Of a stretch of 64,000 bases of DNA, positions 34,510-50,272 are shown one piece after another (within the stretch, counting starts at the first letter, position 1; each line of letters opens with the position of its first letter). The notes beneath the pieces were generated by a model, which did no database searches, was not told where the DNA came from, and saw only the letters and a program-made list of their open reading frames with translations. The stretch is taken from assembly GCF_056746865.1 (NCBI RefSeq), contig NZ_CM163382.1. One strand, given 5' to 3'. A program made the translations under genes and the position numbers.

Positions 34510-34929
34510 TTACATCGCTTTTTTGGTCAACTCGATAACGCGCAGCTGCGCGATCGCTTTGGCCAGTTCCGCAGACGCCTGAGCGTAATCTACGTCGCCG
34601 TGAGAGCTGCTAATGTGCTCTTCAGCCTTACGTTTCGCTTCCATGGCTCGCGCTTCGTCGAGATCCTGGCCGCGAATTGCGGTGTCGGCCAGAACGGTCA
34701 CGTTGCCAGGCTGCACTTCAAGAATGCCGCCAGACAGATAGATAAACTCTTCGTGACCGTGCTGTTTCACGATGCGAATCATACCAGGCTTAATGGCGGT
34801 GAGCAGCGGTGCGTGGCCAGGGTAGATCCCCAGTTCACCTTCGCTACCCGTTACCTGGATTTTCTCGACCAGACCAGAGAACATTTGTTGCTCTGCACTG
34901 ACGACGTCCAGGTGGTAAGTCATTGCCAT
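34510..34929 (-). CDS. atpC: ATP synthase F1 epsilon subunit
   Basis: 139 aa ([43 protein letters not shown]...). First ORF of the atp cluster in this orientation. Confidence 0.95.
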
Positions 34930-34949
34930 ATCACCCTCCGATTAAGGCG

Positions 34950-37222
<2,273 letters not shown>

Positions 37223-37272
37223 GAGCTTCTCCTCAATGCCTTGCGGCCTGCCCTAAGGCAAGCCGCCAGACG

Positions 37273-38814
37273 TTACCAGGATTGGGTTGCTTTGAAGGAA
37301 TCGAGGATGCCTTTCAGCTTGCCTTCGATTTCGTCGTTGTAGCCACCGGTCTGGTTGATCTCTTGCATCAACGGAGCGTGATCACGGTCGACGTAAGCCA
37401 GCAGAGCGGCTTCGAAGCTGCCGATTTTCGACAGTTCAACATCCGCCAGGTAACCACGTTCTGCTGCGAACAGAACCAGAGACTGTTGCGCTACGGACAT
37501 CGGCGCATACTGTTTCTGTTTCAGCAGTTCGGTCACTTTCTGACCGTGGTCAAGCTGCTTACGTGTTGCATCGTCAAGGTCGGATGCAAACTGAGAGAAC
37601 GCTGCCAGTTCACGATACTGTGCCAGAGCGGTACGGATACCACCGGACAGTTTTTTCATGATCTTGGTCTGTGCTGCACCACCAACACGGGATACGGAAA
37701 TACCCGGGTTAACCGCAGGACGAATACCGGCGTTGAACAGGTTGGTTTCCAGGAAGATCTGACCATCGGTAATGGAGATTACGTTGGTTGGAACGAACGC
37801 AGAAACGTCACCCGCCTGAGTTTCGATAATCGGCAGCGCAGTCAGAGAACCGGTTTTCCCTTTCACTTCACCTTTGGTGAAGGCTTCAACGTATTCGGCG
37901 TTAACACGCGCAGCACGCTCCAGCAGACGAGAGTGGAGGTAGAATACGTCGCCCGGGAATGCTTCACGTCCTGGCGGACGACGGAGCAGCAGGGAGATCT
38001 GACGGTAAGCAACAGCCTGTTTAGACAGGTCATCGTAAATGATCAGCGCATCTTCACCGCGGTCACGGAAGTATTCGCCCATTGCGCAACCAGCGTACGG
38101 TGCCAGGTATTGCAGTGCAGCGGATTCAGACGCGGTTGCTACCACAACGATGGTGTTAGCCAGTGCGCCGTGCTCTTCCAGTTTACGTACCACGTTAGAA
38201 ATGGTGGACGCTTTCTGGCCGATAGCGACATAGATACATTTGATACCGGAATCGCGCTGGTTGATGATGGCATCGATAGCCAGTGCGGTTTTACCGGTCT
38301 GACGGTCACCGATGATCAATTCACGCTGACCACGACCGATTGGGATCATGGAGTCAACGGCTTTATAACCGGTCTGTACCGGCTGATCTACGGACTGACG
38401 TTCGATAACGCCCGGAGCGATTGCTTCTACAGCAGAGAAGCCGTCGTGATCCAGCGGACCTTTACCGTCGATTGGTGCACCCAGAGTGTTAACCACACGG
38501 CCCAGCAGGCCACGGCCAACCGGAACTTCCAGGATACGGCCAGTACACTTAACTTTCATGCCTTCGGCAAGGTCAGCGTACGGACCCATAACAACCGCAC
38601 CTACAGAGTCGCGCTCGAGGTTCAGTGCGATAGCGTAACGGTTACCCGGCAGGGAGATCATTTCACCCTGCATACAATCGGCCAGGCCGTGAATGCGGAT
38701 AACACCGTCACTTACAGAAACAATAGTACCTTCGTTGTGAGCTTCACTCACAACATTGAACTGAGCAATGCGCTGCTTGATCAGTTCGCTGATTTCGGTG
38801 GAATTCAGTTGCAT
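37273..38814 (-). CDS. atpA: ATP synthase F1 alpha subunit
   Basis: 513 aa; Walker A GDRQTGKT. Confidence 0.97.
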
Positions 38815-38826
38815 GCTCCAGTCCCC

Positions 38827-39360
38827 TTAAGACTGCAAGACGTCTGCAAGGCGCTCAAGACGACCGCGTACGCTGCCATCAATGACCATATCACCCGCTC
38901 GGATGATAACGCCTGCCATTACAGACTTATCGATTTTGCAATTCAGCTTAACTTTGCGTGACAGACGTTTTTCCATCGCAGCAGAAATTTTCGCGAGCTG
39001 TTGTTCACTCAGTGCGGCAGCGGAAATGACGTCTACCTCAGCGGTAGCCTCACTCACGGCACGCAGGTGAATAAACTGCTCCAGAACATCCGGGAGCGCG
39101 TTAAGACGACCATTTTCAGCCATTACCCGAATCAGGTTCTGACCGTTTTCGTCCAGTTGCTCACCACAAACTGCGATAAACGACTCGGCGAGCGTTTCTG
39201 GCGCAAGCGCGCCAGAGAGAAGCTCTGCCATTTGTTCGTTTTTGGTTACCTCGGCGGCAAACGCCAGCATGTCCTGCCAGCGTTCTACACTTTGGTGTTC
39301 GACGGCAAAGTCAAAAGCTGCTTTGGCGTAGGGGCGAGCTACCGTAATAAATTCAGACAT
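38827..39360 (-). CDS. atpH: ATP synthase F1 delta subunit
   Basis: 177 aa; [22 protein letters not shown]. Confidence 0.95.
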
Positions 39361-39374
39361 CAGCCCCTCCCTCC

Positions 39375-39845
39375 TTACAGTTCAGCGACAAGTTTATCCA
39401 CGATGTCGCTGTTAGCAGCTTCATCCACGGAACGTTCGATGATCTTCTCGGCGCCAGCAACAGCCAGGATAGCAACTTGCTTACGCAGCTCTTCACGGGC
39501 ACGTTTACGCTCGGCTTCAATTTCCGCCTGCGCCTGGGCCACGATTTTAGTACGTTCCTGTTCTGCCTCAGCTTTCGCTTCGTCCAGAATCTGCGAGCGG
39601 CGTTTGTTAGCCTGCTCGATGATTACCTGGGCTTCCGCTTTCGCTTTTTTCAGCTGGTCGGTCGCGCTGGCCTTTGCAAGGTCAAGGTCCTTATGTGCTC
39701 GTTCTGCGGAAGCAAGACCGTCAGCAATTTCTTTTTGACGTTTTTCGATGGCTGCCATTAATGGCGGCCATACGTACTTCATGCAGAACAGAACGAACAG
39801 GACAAACGCGATGGCCTGGCCGAGGATTGTTGCGTTAAGATTCAC
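39375..39845 (-). CDS. atpF: ATP synthase Fo subunit b
   Basis: 156 aa; N-terminal TM helix followed by a long charged helix. Confidence 0.95.
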
Positions 39846-39889
39846 AGCACAATGCCTCTATTTAGTTAACGTTCTGATATTGCTCTTTA

Positions 39890-40164
<275 letters not shown>

Positions 40165-40192
40165 TCAGTTAAAACGTAGTAGTGTTGGTAAA

Positions 40193-41397
<1,205 letters not shown>

Positions 41398-42013
41398 CAC
41401 GTTTTTCACTCCTGCTCCCTTCGAGGTATGCCGCGTGTCGTATAAAACTTTCTTTAAGGCTTAGAGTCAAGCATCAAAAAGCGGTCAAATTATACGGTGC
41501 GCCCCCGTGATTTCAAACAATAAGTAGCCAAAAGGTGAATAAATGTTTAAATATTTTTCCAGTGCATACAATTGCGACTTTTCTGCAAACCCTGTTCGAT
41601 CATGAAAAACTGTAAATAACGCGTAAACACTGGTGATAAAGCGTGCTTCAGATCACATATTGAGCATGTTCGCGCACAGCATATTTATTTACTTGGCAAA
41701 TGATGCCTTTGCAAGTTTATGATATTTCAGTCTAAAAACAGATACTGTTTTAATAAATGACATTTACACAACAAAAACCACCCATTGACATTTTTAATAA
41801 TGTTTTAACAGCCAATGATGATTCTTAGCGCCGATTTTTAGCAGACTGATATTTTCACTTATGACTTATTTTCTGCTTACCAAAAAAAGCCACGTTACTT
41901 TGTTGATGCAAAAGAGTGAACGTGGCGTTAAATGTAACCAGTTATATCAGTAGAAAACCTGGTTGTTGTTAACAGTCTAACCGGTCAATTTTTTATGATT
42001 TTTTTGATAAAAA

Positions 42014-42637
42014 TTAAATTTTATTTGCTTTAATCACCACCAGATGACGTTCGCCATCCAGGGCTGGAACCTGAAGTTTAACCACTGATTCGACCTGATA
42101 TTCTTCGGGCAACAAAGCGATTTCATCTTCCGGCATTTGCCCTTTCAGCGCGTAGAAACGGCCTTGCTCACCAGGAAGATGGTGGCACCAGCTCACCATA
42201 TCGTTCAGAGAGGCAAAAGCGCGGCTAATTACGCCATCAAATGGCGGCTCAGATGGAAACTCTTCTACCCTGCTCTGTACTGGCTCAATATTCTCCAGTT
42301 TAAGCTCATGTTGCACCTGACGAAGGAAACGCACGCGTTTACCAAGGCTATCCAACAACGTGAAGTGGGCTTCAGGACGCACGATAGAGAGTGGAATGCC
42401 AGGCAGTCCTGGTCCGGTGCCGACATCGATAAACCGTTCACCTTGCAGATACGGTGCCACCACAATGCTATCGAGAATATGGCGTACCAGCATCTCATTA
42501 GGATCGCGGACCGAAGTCAGGTTGTACGCTTTATTCCATTTATGCAGCATATTCACGTAGGCAATTAGCTGGTTTTTCTGGTGATCGGTAAGCGAAATTC
42601 CTGCGTCTTTCAGCAGAGAGGTGAGTTTGTTTAGCAC
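42014..42637 (-). CDS. rsmG: 16S rRNA m7G527 methyltransferase RsmG (GidB)
   Basis: 207 aa; SAM-binding motif ([13 protein letters not shown]). Confidence 0.94.
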   Translation of the reverse strand: MLNKLTSLLKDAGISLTDHQKNQLIAYVNMLHKWNKAYNLTSVRDPNEMLVRHILDSIVVAPYLQGERFIDVGTGPGLPGIPLSIVRPEAHFTLLDSLGKRVRFLRQVQHELKLENIEPVQSRVEEFPSEPPFDGVISRAFASLNDMVSWCHHLPGEQGRFYALKGQMPEDEIALLPEEYQVESVVKLQVPALDGERHLVVIKANKI

Positions 42638-42700
42638 GGTGATTACCTGTTCTTGATGCGTTGCCCGGTAAGCGGGTGCTTACCAGGCATTTTTAATGCG

Positions 42701-44590
42701 TTATGCGCTACGACGCAGCATACCCTGTTTTTTCAGCCACACCAGCAGAATGGAGATGGCCGCAGGCGTGACGCCAGAAATACGCGAAGCCTGACCGATA
42801 GAGGCCGGTTTGTGATCGTTAAGTTTGGCGATCACTTCGTTAGAAAGACCGGATACCTGGCGGTAATCCAGCGTCGCTGGTAGCAGGGTGTTCTCGTTAC
42901 GCAGCTGCTTTTCGATCTCATCTTGCTGGCGCGCGATATAACCTTCGTATTTAACCTGAATCTCAACCTGTTCCGCCGCCTGTTCGTCTGTCAACGCAGG
43001 GGCAAACGGCGTCAGCGTGGTTAATTTTTCATAAGTCATTTCCGGACGACGCAGCAGATCTTCACCACTGGCTTCACGGGAAAGTGGCGCAGTCAGGTGA
43101 GCATTCACTTCGGCTGCAGCTTCCGCCGACGGGGTTACCCAGGTCGATTTCAGACGCTGACGCTCACGCTCGATATTCTCAAGTTTCTCGTTAAAGCGCG
43201 CCCAACGTTCGTCATCCACCAGGCCCAGTTCACGACCGATTTCAGTCAAACGCAGATCCGCATTATCTTCGCGCAGCATCAGACGATATTCTGCGCGCGA
43301 AGTAAACATACGATACGGTTCTTTGGTTCCTAAAGTGCACAGGTCATCAACCAGTACGCCGAGATACGCCTGAGAACGCGCCGGAGCCCAACCTTCTTTG
43401 TCAGCAGACAGACGGGCAGCGTTAAGACCAGCCAGCAAACCTTGCGCAGCGGCTTCTTCGTAACCGGTAGTGCCGTTAATCTGACCAGCAAAGAACAGCC
43501 CCTGGATAAACTTGCTCTCCAGCGTCGGTTTCAGGTCGCGTGGATCGAAGAAGTCATACTCAATGGCATAACCCGGACGCACGATCTTCGCGTTTTCCAT
43601 CCCCTGCATGGAGCGGACGATTTGCATCTGCACATCGAACGGCAGGCTGGTGGAGATACCGTTCGGATAAATTTCGTTTGAGGTCAGCCCTTCCGGTTCA
43701 AGGAAGATCTGATGCTGATTTCTGTCGGCGAAGCGCATGACTTTGTCTTCGATCGACGGGCAGTAGCGTGGGCCGACACCTTCGATCACCCCTGCATACA
43801 TTGGGCTACGATCGAGGTTACTGCGGATCACATCATGGGTTTTCTCGTTGGTATGGGTGATATAACACGGCACCTGCTGTGGATGCTGGGACGCATTACC
43901 CATAAACGAGAATACCGGCATTGGGTTATCGCCATGCTGTTGCGCCAGCACGCTGAAGTCGATAGTACGCGCATCAATACGCGGCGGTGTCCCGGTTTTC
44001 AGACGACCAACGCGCAGCGGCAGTTCACGCAAACGGCGAGAGAGCGGAATGGACGGCGGATCACCAGCACGACCACCGCTGTAGTTATCCAGACCGATAT
44101 GAATTTTACCGTCGAGGAACGTCCCAACGGTGAGCACGACGGCTTTGGCACGGAACTTCAGTCCCATTTGGGTAACAGCACCAACCACGCGATCGTTTTC
44201 GACAATAAGATCTTCAACCGCCTGCTGGAAGATCATCAGGTTCGGTTGGTTCTCCAGCGCCGTACGTACCGCCTGCCGGTAGAGCACACGATCCGCCTGA
44301 GCACGGGTAGCGCGAACCGCTGGTCCCTTGCTTGCGTTTAGTATCCTAAACTGGATACCCGCCTGATCGATCGCTTTCGCCATCAGACCGCCGAGTGCAT
44401 CCACTTCTTTTACCAGATGTCCCTTCCCAATACCGCCGATCGCCGGGTTGCAGCTCATCTGCCCCAGAGTGTCGATATTGTGTGTCAAAAGCAGAGTCTG
44501 TTGACCCATACGCGCCGCGGCCATCGCGGCCTCGGTGCCTGCATGACCCCCGCCAATGATGATGACGTCAAAAGGATCCGGATAAAACAT
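42701..44590 (-). CDS. mnmG: tRNA uridine-5-carboxymethylaminomethyl modification enzyme MnmG (GidA)
   Basis: 629 aa; N-terminal FAD-binding motif ([15 protein letters not shown]). Confidence 0.96.
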
Positions 44591-44678
44591 GGTGATTGCC
44601 TCGCATAACGCGGTATGAAAATGGATTGAAGCCCGGGCCGTGGATTCTACTCAACTTTGTCGGCTTGAGAAAGACCTG

Positions 44679-44950
44679 GGATCCTGGGTATTAAAAAGAA
44701 GATCTATTTATTTAGAGATCTGTTCTATTGTGATCTCTTATTAGGATCGCACTACCCTGTGGATAACAAGGATCCAGCTTTTAAGATCAACAACCTGGAA
44801 AGGATCATTAACTGTGAATGATCGGTGATCCTGGACCGTATAAGCTGGGATCAGAATGAGGGGTTATACACAACTCAAAAACTGAACAACGGTTGTTCTT
44901 TGGATAACTACCGGTTGATCCAAGCTTCCTGACAGAGTTATCCACAGTGG
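44679..44950. other. Chromosomal replication origin oriC (DnaA boxes R1-R4, three AT-rich 13-mers, GATC cluster)
   Basis: 13-mers gatctatttattt (44701-44713), gatctgttctatt (44717-44729) and gatctcttattag (44732-44744); DnaA box R1 tgtggataa (44758-44766) and R4 ttatccaca (44938-44946); dense GATC sites. Near-identical to my memory of the K-12 minimal oriC, located between mnmG and mioC. Confidence 0.95.
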
Positions 44951-44968
44951 ATCGCACGATCTGTATAC

Positions 44969-45412
44969 TTATTTGAGTAAATTAATCCACGATCCCAGCC
45001 ATTCTTCTGCCGGATCTTCCGGAATGTCGTGATCAAGAATGTTGATCTTCAGTGTTTCGCCTGTCTGTTTTGCACCGGAATTTTTGAGTTCTGCCTCGAG
45101 TTTATCGATAGCCCCACAAAAGGTGTCATATTCACGACTACCAATACCGATTGCGCCAAAGCGGACCGCAGAAAGATCGGGCTTCTGTTCCTGCAATGCT
45201 TCATAGAAAGGAGAAAGGTTGTCCGGAATATCTCCGGCACCGTGGGTTGAGCTGATAACCAGCCAGATCCCCGAGGCAGATAAATCTTCCAACAGCGGAC
45301 CGTGCAGCGTTTCGGTGGTAAAACCCGCCTCTTCCAGCTTTTCAGCCAGGTGTTCTGCCACATATTCGGCACCGCCGAGGGTGCTGCCGCTGATAAGAGT
45401 GATATCTGCCAT
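44969..45412 (-). CDS. mioC: Flavodoxin-like FMN-binding protein MioC
   Basis: 147 aa (MADITLISGSTLGGAEYVAEHLAEKLEEAGF...), adjacent to oriC. Confidence 0.94.
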   Translation of the reverse strand: MADITLISGSTLGGAEYVAEHLAEKLEEAGFTTETLHGPLLEDLSASGIWLVISSTHGAGDIPDNLSPFYEALQEQKPDLSAVRFGAIGIGSREYDTFCGAIDKLEAELKNSGAKQTGETLKINILDHDIPEDPAEEWLGSWINLLK

Positions 45413-45501
45413 AAACCGCCACCTTTATTAAGAGTGGCGTATTGTACGCTGTGAACGCGTTGGGATCTACCTGTGGAAAAGTATGGGATTAAAAAAGCCG
45501 A

Positions 45502-45960
45502 TCAGGGCTTAATGGTACGCATGATCGGGTTCTGCAGGACGATCAGTGTCTCGGTGGACTGAATTTCATCAATTGTTTGGATCTTGTTGATAAGTACATG
45601 CTGGAGAGCATCGATCGAACGGCACATCACTTTGATAAAGATGCTGTAGTGGCCAGTTGTGTAATAGGCTTCAGTGACTTCATCGAGGCTTTCCAGCTTT
45701 GCCAGCGCGGAAGGATAGTCTTTGGCGCTCTTTAATATAATGCCGATAAAGCAGCCTACGTCATAACCGAGCTGCTTCGGGCTGACATCAATACGCGCCC
45801 CGGTAATGATCCCCGCCTGCTTCATTTTCTCTACTCGAACGTGAATTGTCCCCGGACTGACGCCAAATTGTTTCGCCAGTTCGGCGTAAGCGGTGCGCGC
45901 ATTGCCCATTAATGCTTCCAGGATGCCACGGTCCAGATTGTCGATCAGATAATTTTCCAT
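45502..45960 (-). CDS. asnC: Lrp-family transcriptional regulator AsnC
   Basis: 152 aa with an Lrp/AsnC-type HTH; divergent from asnA. Confidence 0.94.
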   Translation of the reverse strand: MENYLIDNLDRGILEALMGNARTAYAELAKQFGVSPGTIHVRVEKMKQAGIITGARIDVSPKQLGYDVGCFIGIILKSAKDYPSALAKLESLDEVTEAYYTTGHYSIFIKVMCRSIDALQHVLINKIQTIDEIQSTETLIVLQNPIMRTIKP

Positions 45961-46111
45961 AGGATTTTCTTATGAGGATTGATGATTCATTCTATTTTAG
46001 CCCTATTTTTTAATGAATCAAAAGTTCATGAGGCTTTTTATTGAATGATTATTGCATGCGTGTCGGTTTTTGTTGCTTAATCATAAGCAACAGGACGCAG
46101 GAGTATAAAAA

Positions 46112-47104
46112 ATGAAAACCGCTTACATTGCCAAACAACGTCAAATTAGCTTCGTGAAATCTCACTTTTCTCGTCAACTGGAAGAACGTCTGGGGCTGAT
46201 CGAAGTCCAGGCGCCGATTCTTAGCCGTGTGGGGGATGGCACGCAGGATAACTTGTCGGGCTGTGAAAAAGCGGTGCAGGTAAAAGTGAAAGCTCTGCCT
46301 GATGCCCAGTTCGAAGTGGTTCATTCACTGGCGAAGTGGAAACGTCAGACCTTAGGGCAACACGACTTCAGCGCGGGCGAAGGGCTGTACACGCACATGA
46401 AAGCCCTTCGCCCCGATGAAGACCGTCTTTCCCCGTTGCACTCGGTCTATGTTGACCAGTGGGATTGGGAACGCGTAATGGGCGACGGCGAGCGTCAATT
46501 CTCGACTCTGAAAAGCACGGTAGAGGCGATCTGGGAGGGAATTAAAGCAACCGAAGCTGCGGTTAGCGAAGAGTTTGGCCTGGCACCGTTCCTGCCGGAT
46601 CAGATCCACTTCGTACACAGCCAGGAGTTACTGTCTCGTTATCCGGATCTCGATGCCAAAGGGCGTGAGCGGGCGATTGCGAAAGATCTTGGCGCGGTAT
46701 TCCTCGTCGGGATTGGCGGCAAGTTGAGTGATGGTCATCGTCACGACGTGCGCGCACCGGATTATGATGACTGGAGCACCCCGTCAGAGCTGGGCCATGC
46801 GGGTCTGAACGGCGATATTCTGGTATGGAACCCGGTACTGGAAGATGCGTTTGAGCTTTCTTCCATGGGGATCCGCGTGGATGCCGATACGTTGAAGCAT
46901 CAGCTGGCGCTGACCGGTGATGAAGATCGTCTGCAGCTGGAGTGGCATCAGGCGCTACTGCGCGGTGAAATGCCGCAGACCATCGGCGGCGGTATCGGGC
47001 AGTCTCGTTTGACCATGCTGCTGCTGCAACTGCCACATATCGGCCAGGTTCAGTGTGGTGTATGGCCGGCAGCTGTTCGCGAGAGCGTCCCTTCTCTGCT
47101 GTAA
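46112..47104 (+). CDS. asnA: Aspartate--ammonia ligase (asparagine synthetase A)
   Basis: 330 aa; [50 protein letters not shown]. Confidence 0.96.
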   Translation: MKTAYIAKQRQISFVKSHFSRQLEERLGLIEVQAPILSRVGDGTQDNLSGCEKAVQVKVKALPDAQFEVVHSLAKWKRQTLGQHDFSAGEGLYTHMKALRPDEDRLSPLHSVYVDQWDWERVMGDGERQFSTLKSTVEAIWEGIKATEAAVSEEFGLAPFLPDQIHFVHSQELLSRYPDLDAKGRERAIAKDLGAVFLVGIGGKLSDGHRHDVRAPDYDDWSTPSELGHAGLNGDILVWNPVLEDAFELSSMGIRVDADTLKHQLALTGDEDRLQLEWHQALLRGEMPQTIGGGIGQSRLTMLLLQLPHIGQVQCGVWPAAVRESVPSLL

Positions 47105-47108
47105 TAAT

Positions 47109-48560
47109 TTATCGCCGCCAGCGTCTGAGCAGGCGGCTTCGCATCCCGGTATCAAAGCGCCAGATATGATCGAAAATGCGCATGATGCCGGGTTTGCCAT
47201 GTGCCGACATCGCCACGGCATGAAAGCGATGCTGATGTACCCGCTGTAGCTCTTTCACTTTACTCGTCACGTCGTCAGGCAACCGCTGGGCGATAAAATC
47301 AGAAATCACCACCGCATCGGCATCAAACCATTCCCTGCTTTGCAAGCGTTCCATAATGGCGCGAAAACAACTGGCAAGATCGGTGCCGCCACGAAACTGC
47401 TGGCTTAAAAAACGGATTGCTTGTTCGATGCCTTGTGGGCCTGAAAGCTCATAACGGACGATCTCGGTGGAAAATAGCATAATATAGCAGCGCCGGTTTT
47501 CAGCGAGAGCAATGCGCATCAAGGCCAGGCAGAACGCTTTCGCACATTGTTCATTAAAGCCGCCCATTGAGCCGGAAGTATCCACGCAGACAATAAACGG
47601 TCCGCGCGGCTGTTCGTCGTAATCTTTATGCACCACCGGGCGTTCGATCACTTTTTCACGCCACGACTCACCGTGCAGGCGATAGGTGAGCAACTGTTTT
47701 TCCACCAGCCGACGGTAAAACTCATACTCCAGTTCCGTTATCCCCAGTGTCGCCAGTTCTGGCGGCAGGAGACGTAAAATATCATCGCTTTGTTGCAGAC
47801 CATCAACCTGCTCAGGAACCGTCGCCGGTTCGCGCACCAGGGTGCGGAAGGTTTCCATCTGCGCATCGTTGCGCGGTATTGATTTGGCTTCCCGGGAACG
47901 CCCCAGCTGTTCTGCCAGGCGTTTCAGTTCCGGCTGTTCGTTAAGAAATTCACCGTATTTCACAATCAACTGATAGTCGCCACGTTTAAGCTGACCGGCG
48001 CTCATATCCCACAGACGACCAGCTGCGGTATTGTTATCTGCGAGAATCGGTTCAAGTTGTCCGCTCAGCGTCATGCGTTCCTGAACTTCACTCAACAGTT
48101 GTTCGCGTTCTTCTTCTAATAGCTGTTGATTTAACGTCGTTGCTTGCACGATCAGACTTAAACGCCAACGCTGGAGAAAAAGCGTGTGTAACGCTGAAGT
48201 GATCGTGCTGTTAGCATCAACCAACTGTCGGGCTTGTTCTGCCCATGGGGAATTCAGACGATGCAGTAAGTCCAGGATCTGTGGTAGCTGCACAATAAAC
48301 TGCGGCGTGGAGAGGAGCTGGCTTTGCTGATAGCACATCACCTCTTCGGTGAGTTCCGGCGGGACTCGGGCATCTTTCAGCCGACTGCGCAGCGCCTCAC
48401 GCCAGCGGGGAACATCATCAGTGATTGCCGCCTTCAGTCGTGGGAATTTTTCAAAGAAGACTGCCAGCTGCGGTGAGGCCAGCAGCGCGATGATCATCTC
48501 TTCGATCAATCCCTCTTCGCTGACGGCCAGCATCACATTAAGCGTATCCAGCGTTAGCAT
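47109..48560 (-). CDS. viaA: VWA-domain protein ViaA, partner of RavA
   Basis: 483 aa; C-terminal VWA domain (DTSGSM MIDAS-like motif). Its start overlaps the ravA stop. Confidence 0.92.
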
Positions 48561-50050
48561 TGTTGTGCCTGGCGAATCTGTGCGCCGACATCCTGTAGGC
48601 TGGCTTCAATGCGACCTAACCAGTCGCCAGGGATAAACAGACATTTTTGCTGTTCGCTGAATAAAGCGTGTTGCTTGCGCCAGTCGCTTTCAAGCTCTTC
48701 CAGTTGTTGTTTTATTTCACCTGGCAGACCTTCAGCCGATGAACCGGGAAGTGCCAGCGTACTGCCTTGTAAACTTACATCGCGTACAACAAGATGTTGG
48801 GCGCTATCCACTTCCAGATTCAGTTTCTGGGCAAAGCCGATACCGTTCAGTTTGCCGCGAATCTCACCACCTTTACTCAGCCACTGTTCCAGCGCGCTAC
48901 GCTCAAAGGAGATATGAACCACTTCCATATCATGCAATTTTAACGGTTTTTGCAGCAGCAGAGTCAGAGTGGAAGCAGTAACGTTAACAGGAAGTTGATA
49001 CTGCTGACGACGGCTGAAAATGCCGCCCAGACGAATTACCGTTAAGGCTGTTTTATCGCTTTGTTGCTGCTGGAGTTGCAGGTGACGTTGCACAATCGCG
49101 CCCAGGCGGGTCAACATCCCTTGCTGTTGCCAGGCATGACCGGTCATCAATACATCAATTTGTTGTTGTATCAAATTCAGGCTTTGCGCGTCATACCACA
49201 GGCAATCTTTCAGCAAAATGAGATCAACCGGGGCAACAGCACTGCGACCGCTAAAAAAGGCGCTGGCCTGCAATAATCGAATCGCTTTTTTCCAGCGACG
49301 ATCCGAGACATAAGGCGCATCCGGTAATTTATCCAGTTGCTGGCGCAGCATAAAAATCAGCTCAAATACATGATCGGGCAGCGTAATTTCACCAATCTCT
49401 TTCTGCCAGCGTTCATATTCTTCATCTGTGACCTGCAAGGAGGCAGGAACCGGATTGTCGTTTTCATCCTGTTGACTGGTCAGCATGGAGCGGAAATTCG
49501 CTTTATCCTGCACTTTATCTAACCACAGACGAATCAGCATGCGGTCATATAACGCTTCCAGACTGCTGTCTGCTTCCGGCAGCTCGTTGGAGGCCGCCAC
49601 CAGCAGACGCATCGGGATTTTTTCTACGTGTGCACCGTTGCGGAACTGGCGCTCGTTAATGGCGGTGAGCAGGGTATTAAGAATTGCCGGACCCGCTTTC
49701 CAGATCTCATCCAGAAAGACGATTTCTGCTTCCGGCAGGTAACCGCTGGTTAAACGTTCATAGCGCCCTTCATCTTTTAGCGCCTGAATAGAAAGGGGAC
49801 CAAAAACCTCTTCCGGCGTGGAGAAGCGAGTCATCAGATATTCAAACGCGCGGGCATTCTGAAAGGCGAATTTTAAGCGCCGGGCGATCAAACTTTTGGC
49901 AATACCTGGCGGGCCAAGGAGGAACACACTTTCACCACTTAATGCCGCTAATAAACACAAGCGGATGGCGTGGCTACGTTCATAAAGCCCCTTTTCCAAC
50001 GAACTGCTCAGGCGGGAAATTCTTTCCGCTAATAAATGAGGGTGAGCCAT
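48554..50050 (-). CDS. ravA: MoxR-family AAA+ ATPase RavA
   Basis: Translation from [53 protein letters not shown] (Walker A) matches RavA (about 498 aa). The track ORF starts 8 codons earlier at 50074. Confidence 0.93.
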
Positions 50051-50272
50051 AATGAAGTGGCGTCCTTTCGTCAAAAGTTCTGCGTAAATTGCGAGTATAG
50101 ACGTTTCTTGCTGGTGGCTAAAATAGTCTCAAAGGGGGGGTATTTTTCTTTGAGCCAGGTTAATGTGGCCGCATTTAGGAGTACGATTTTGCCGTTAATC
50201 GTGCATACTGTGCGCTTTTTTGTGGGCCAAGGGACTAAGCACACATTTCATATTTCAACGAAAGACTAGTCT

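Noticed and set aside
37282-38961. 559-aa ORF on the plus strand antisense to atpA and atpH
   Set aside because: It fully overlaps the highly conserved atpA gene on the opposite strand. Long antisense ORFs are a common artefact in GC-balanced, highly expressed genes, and the translation has no recognisable protein features.
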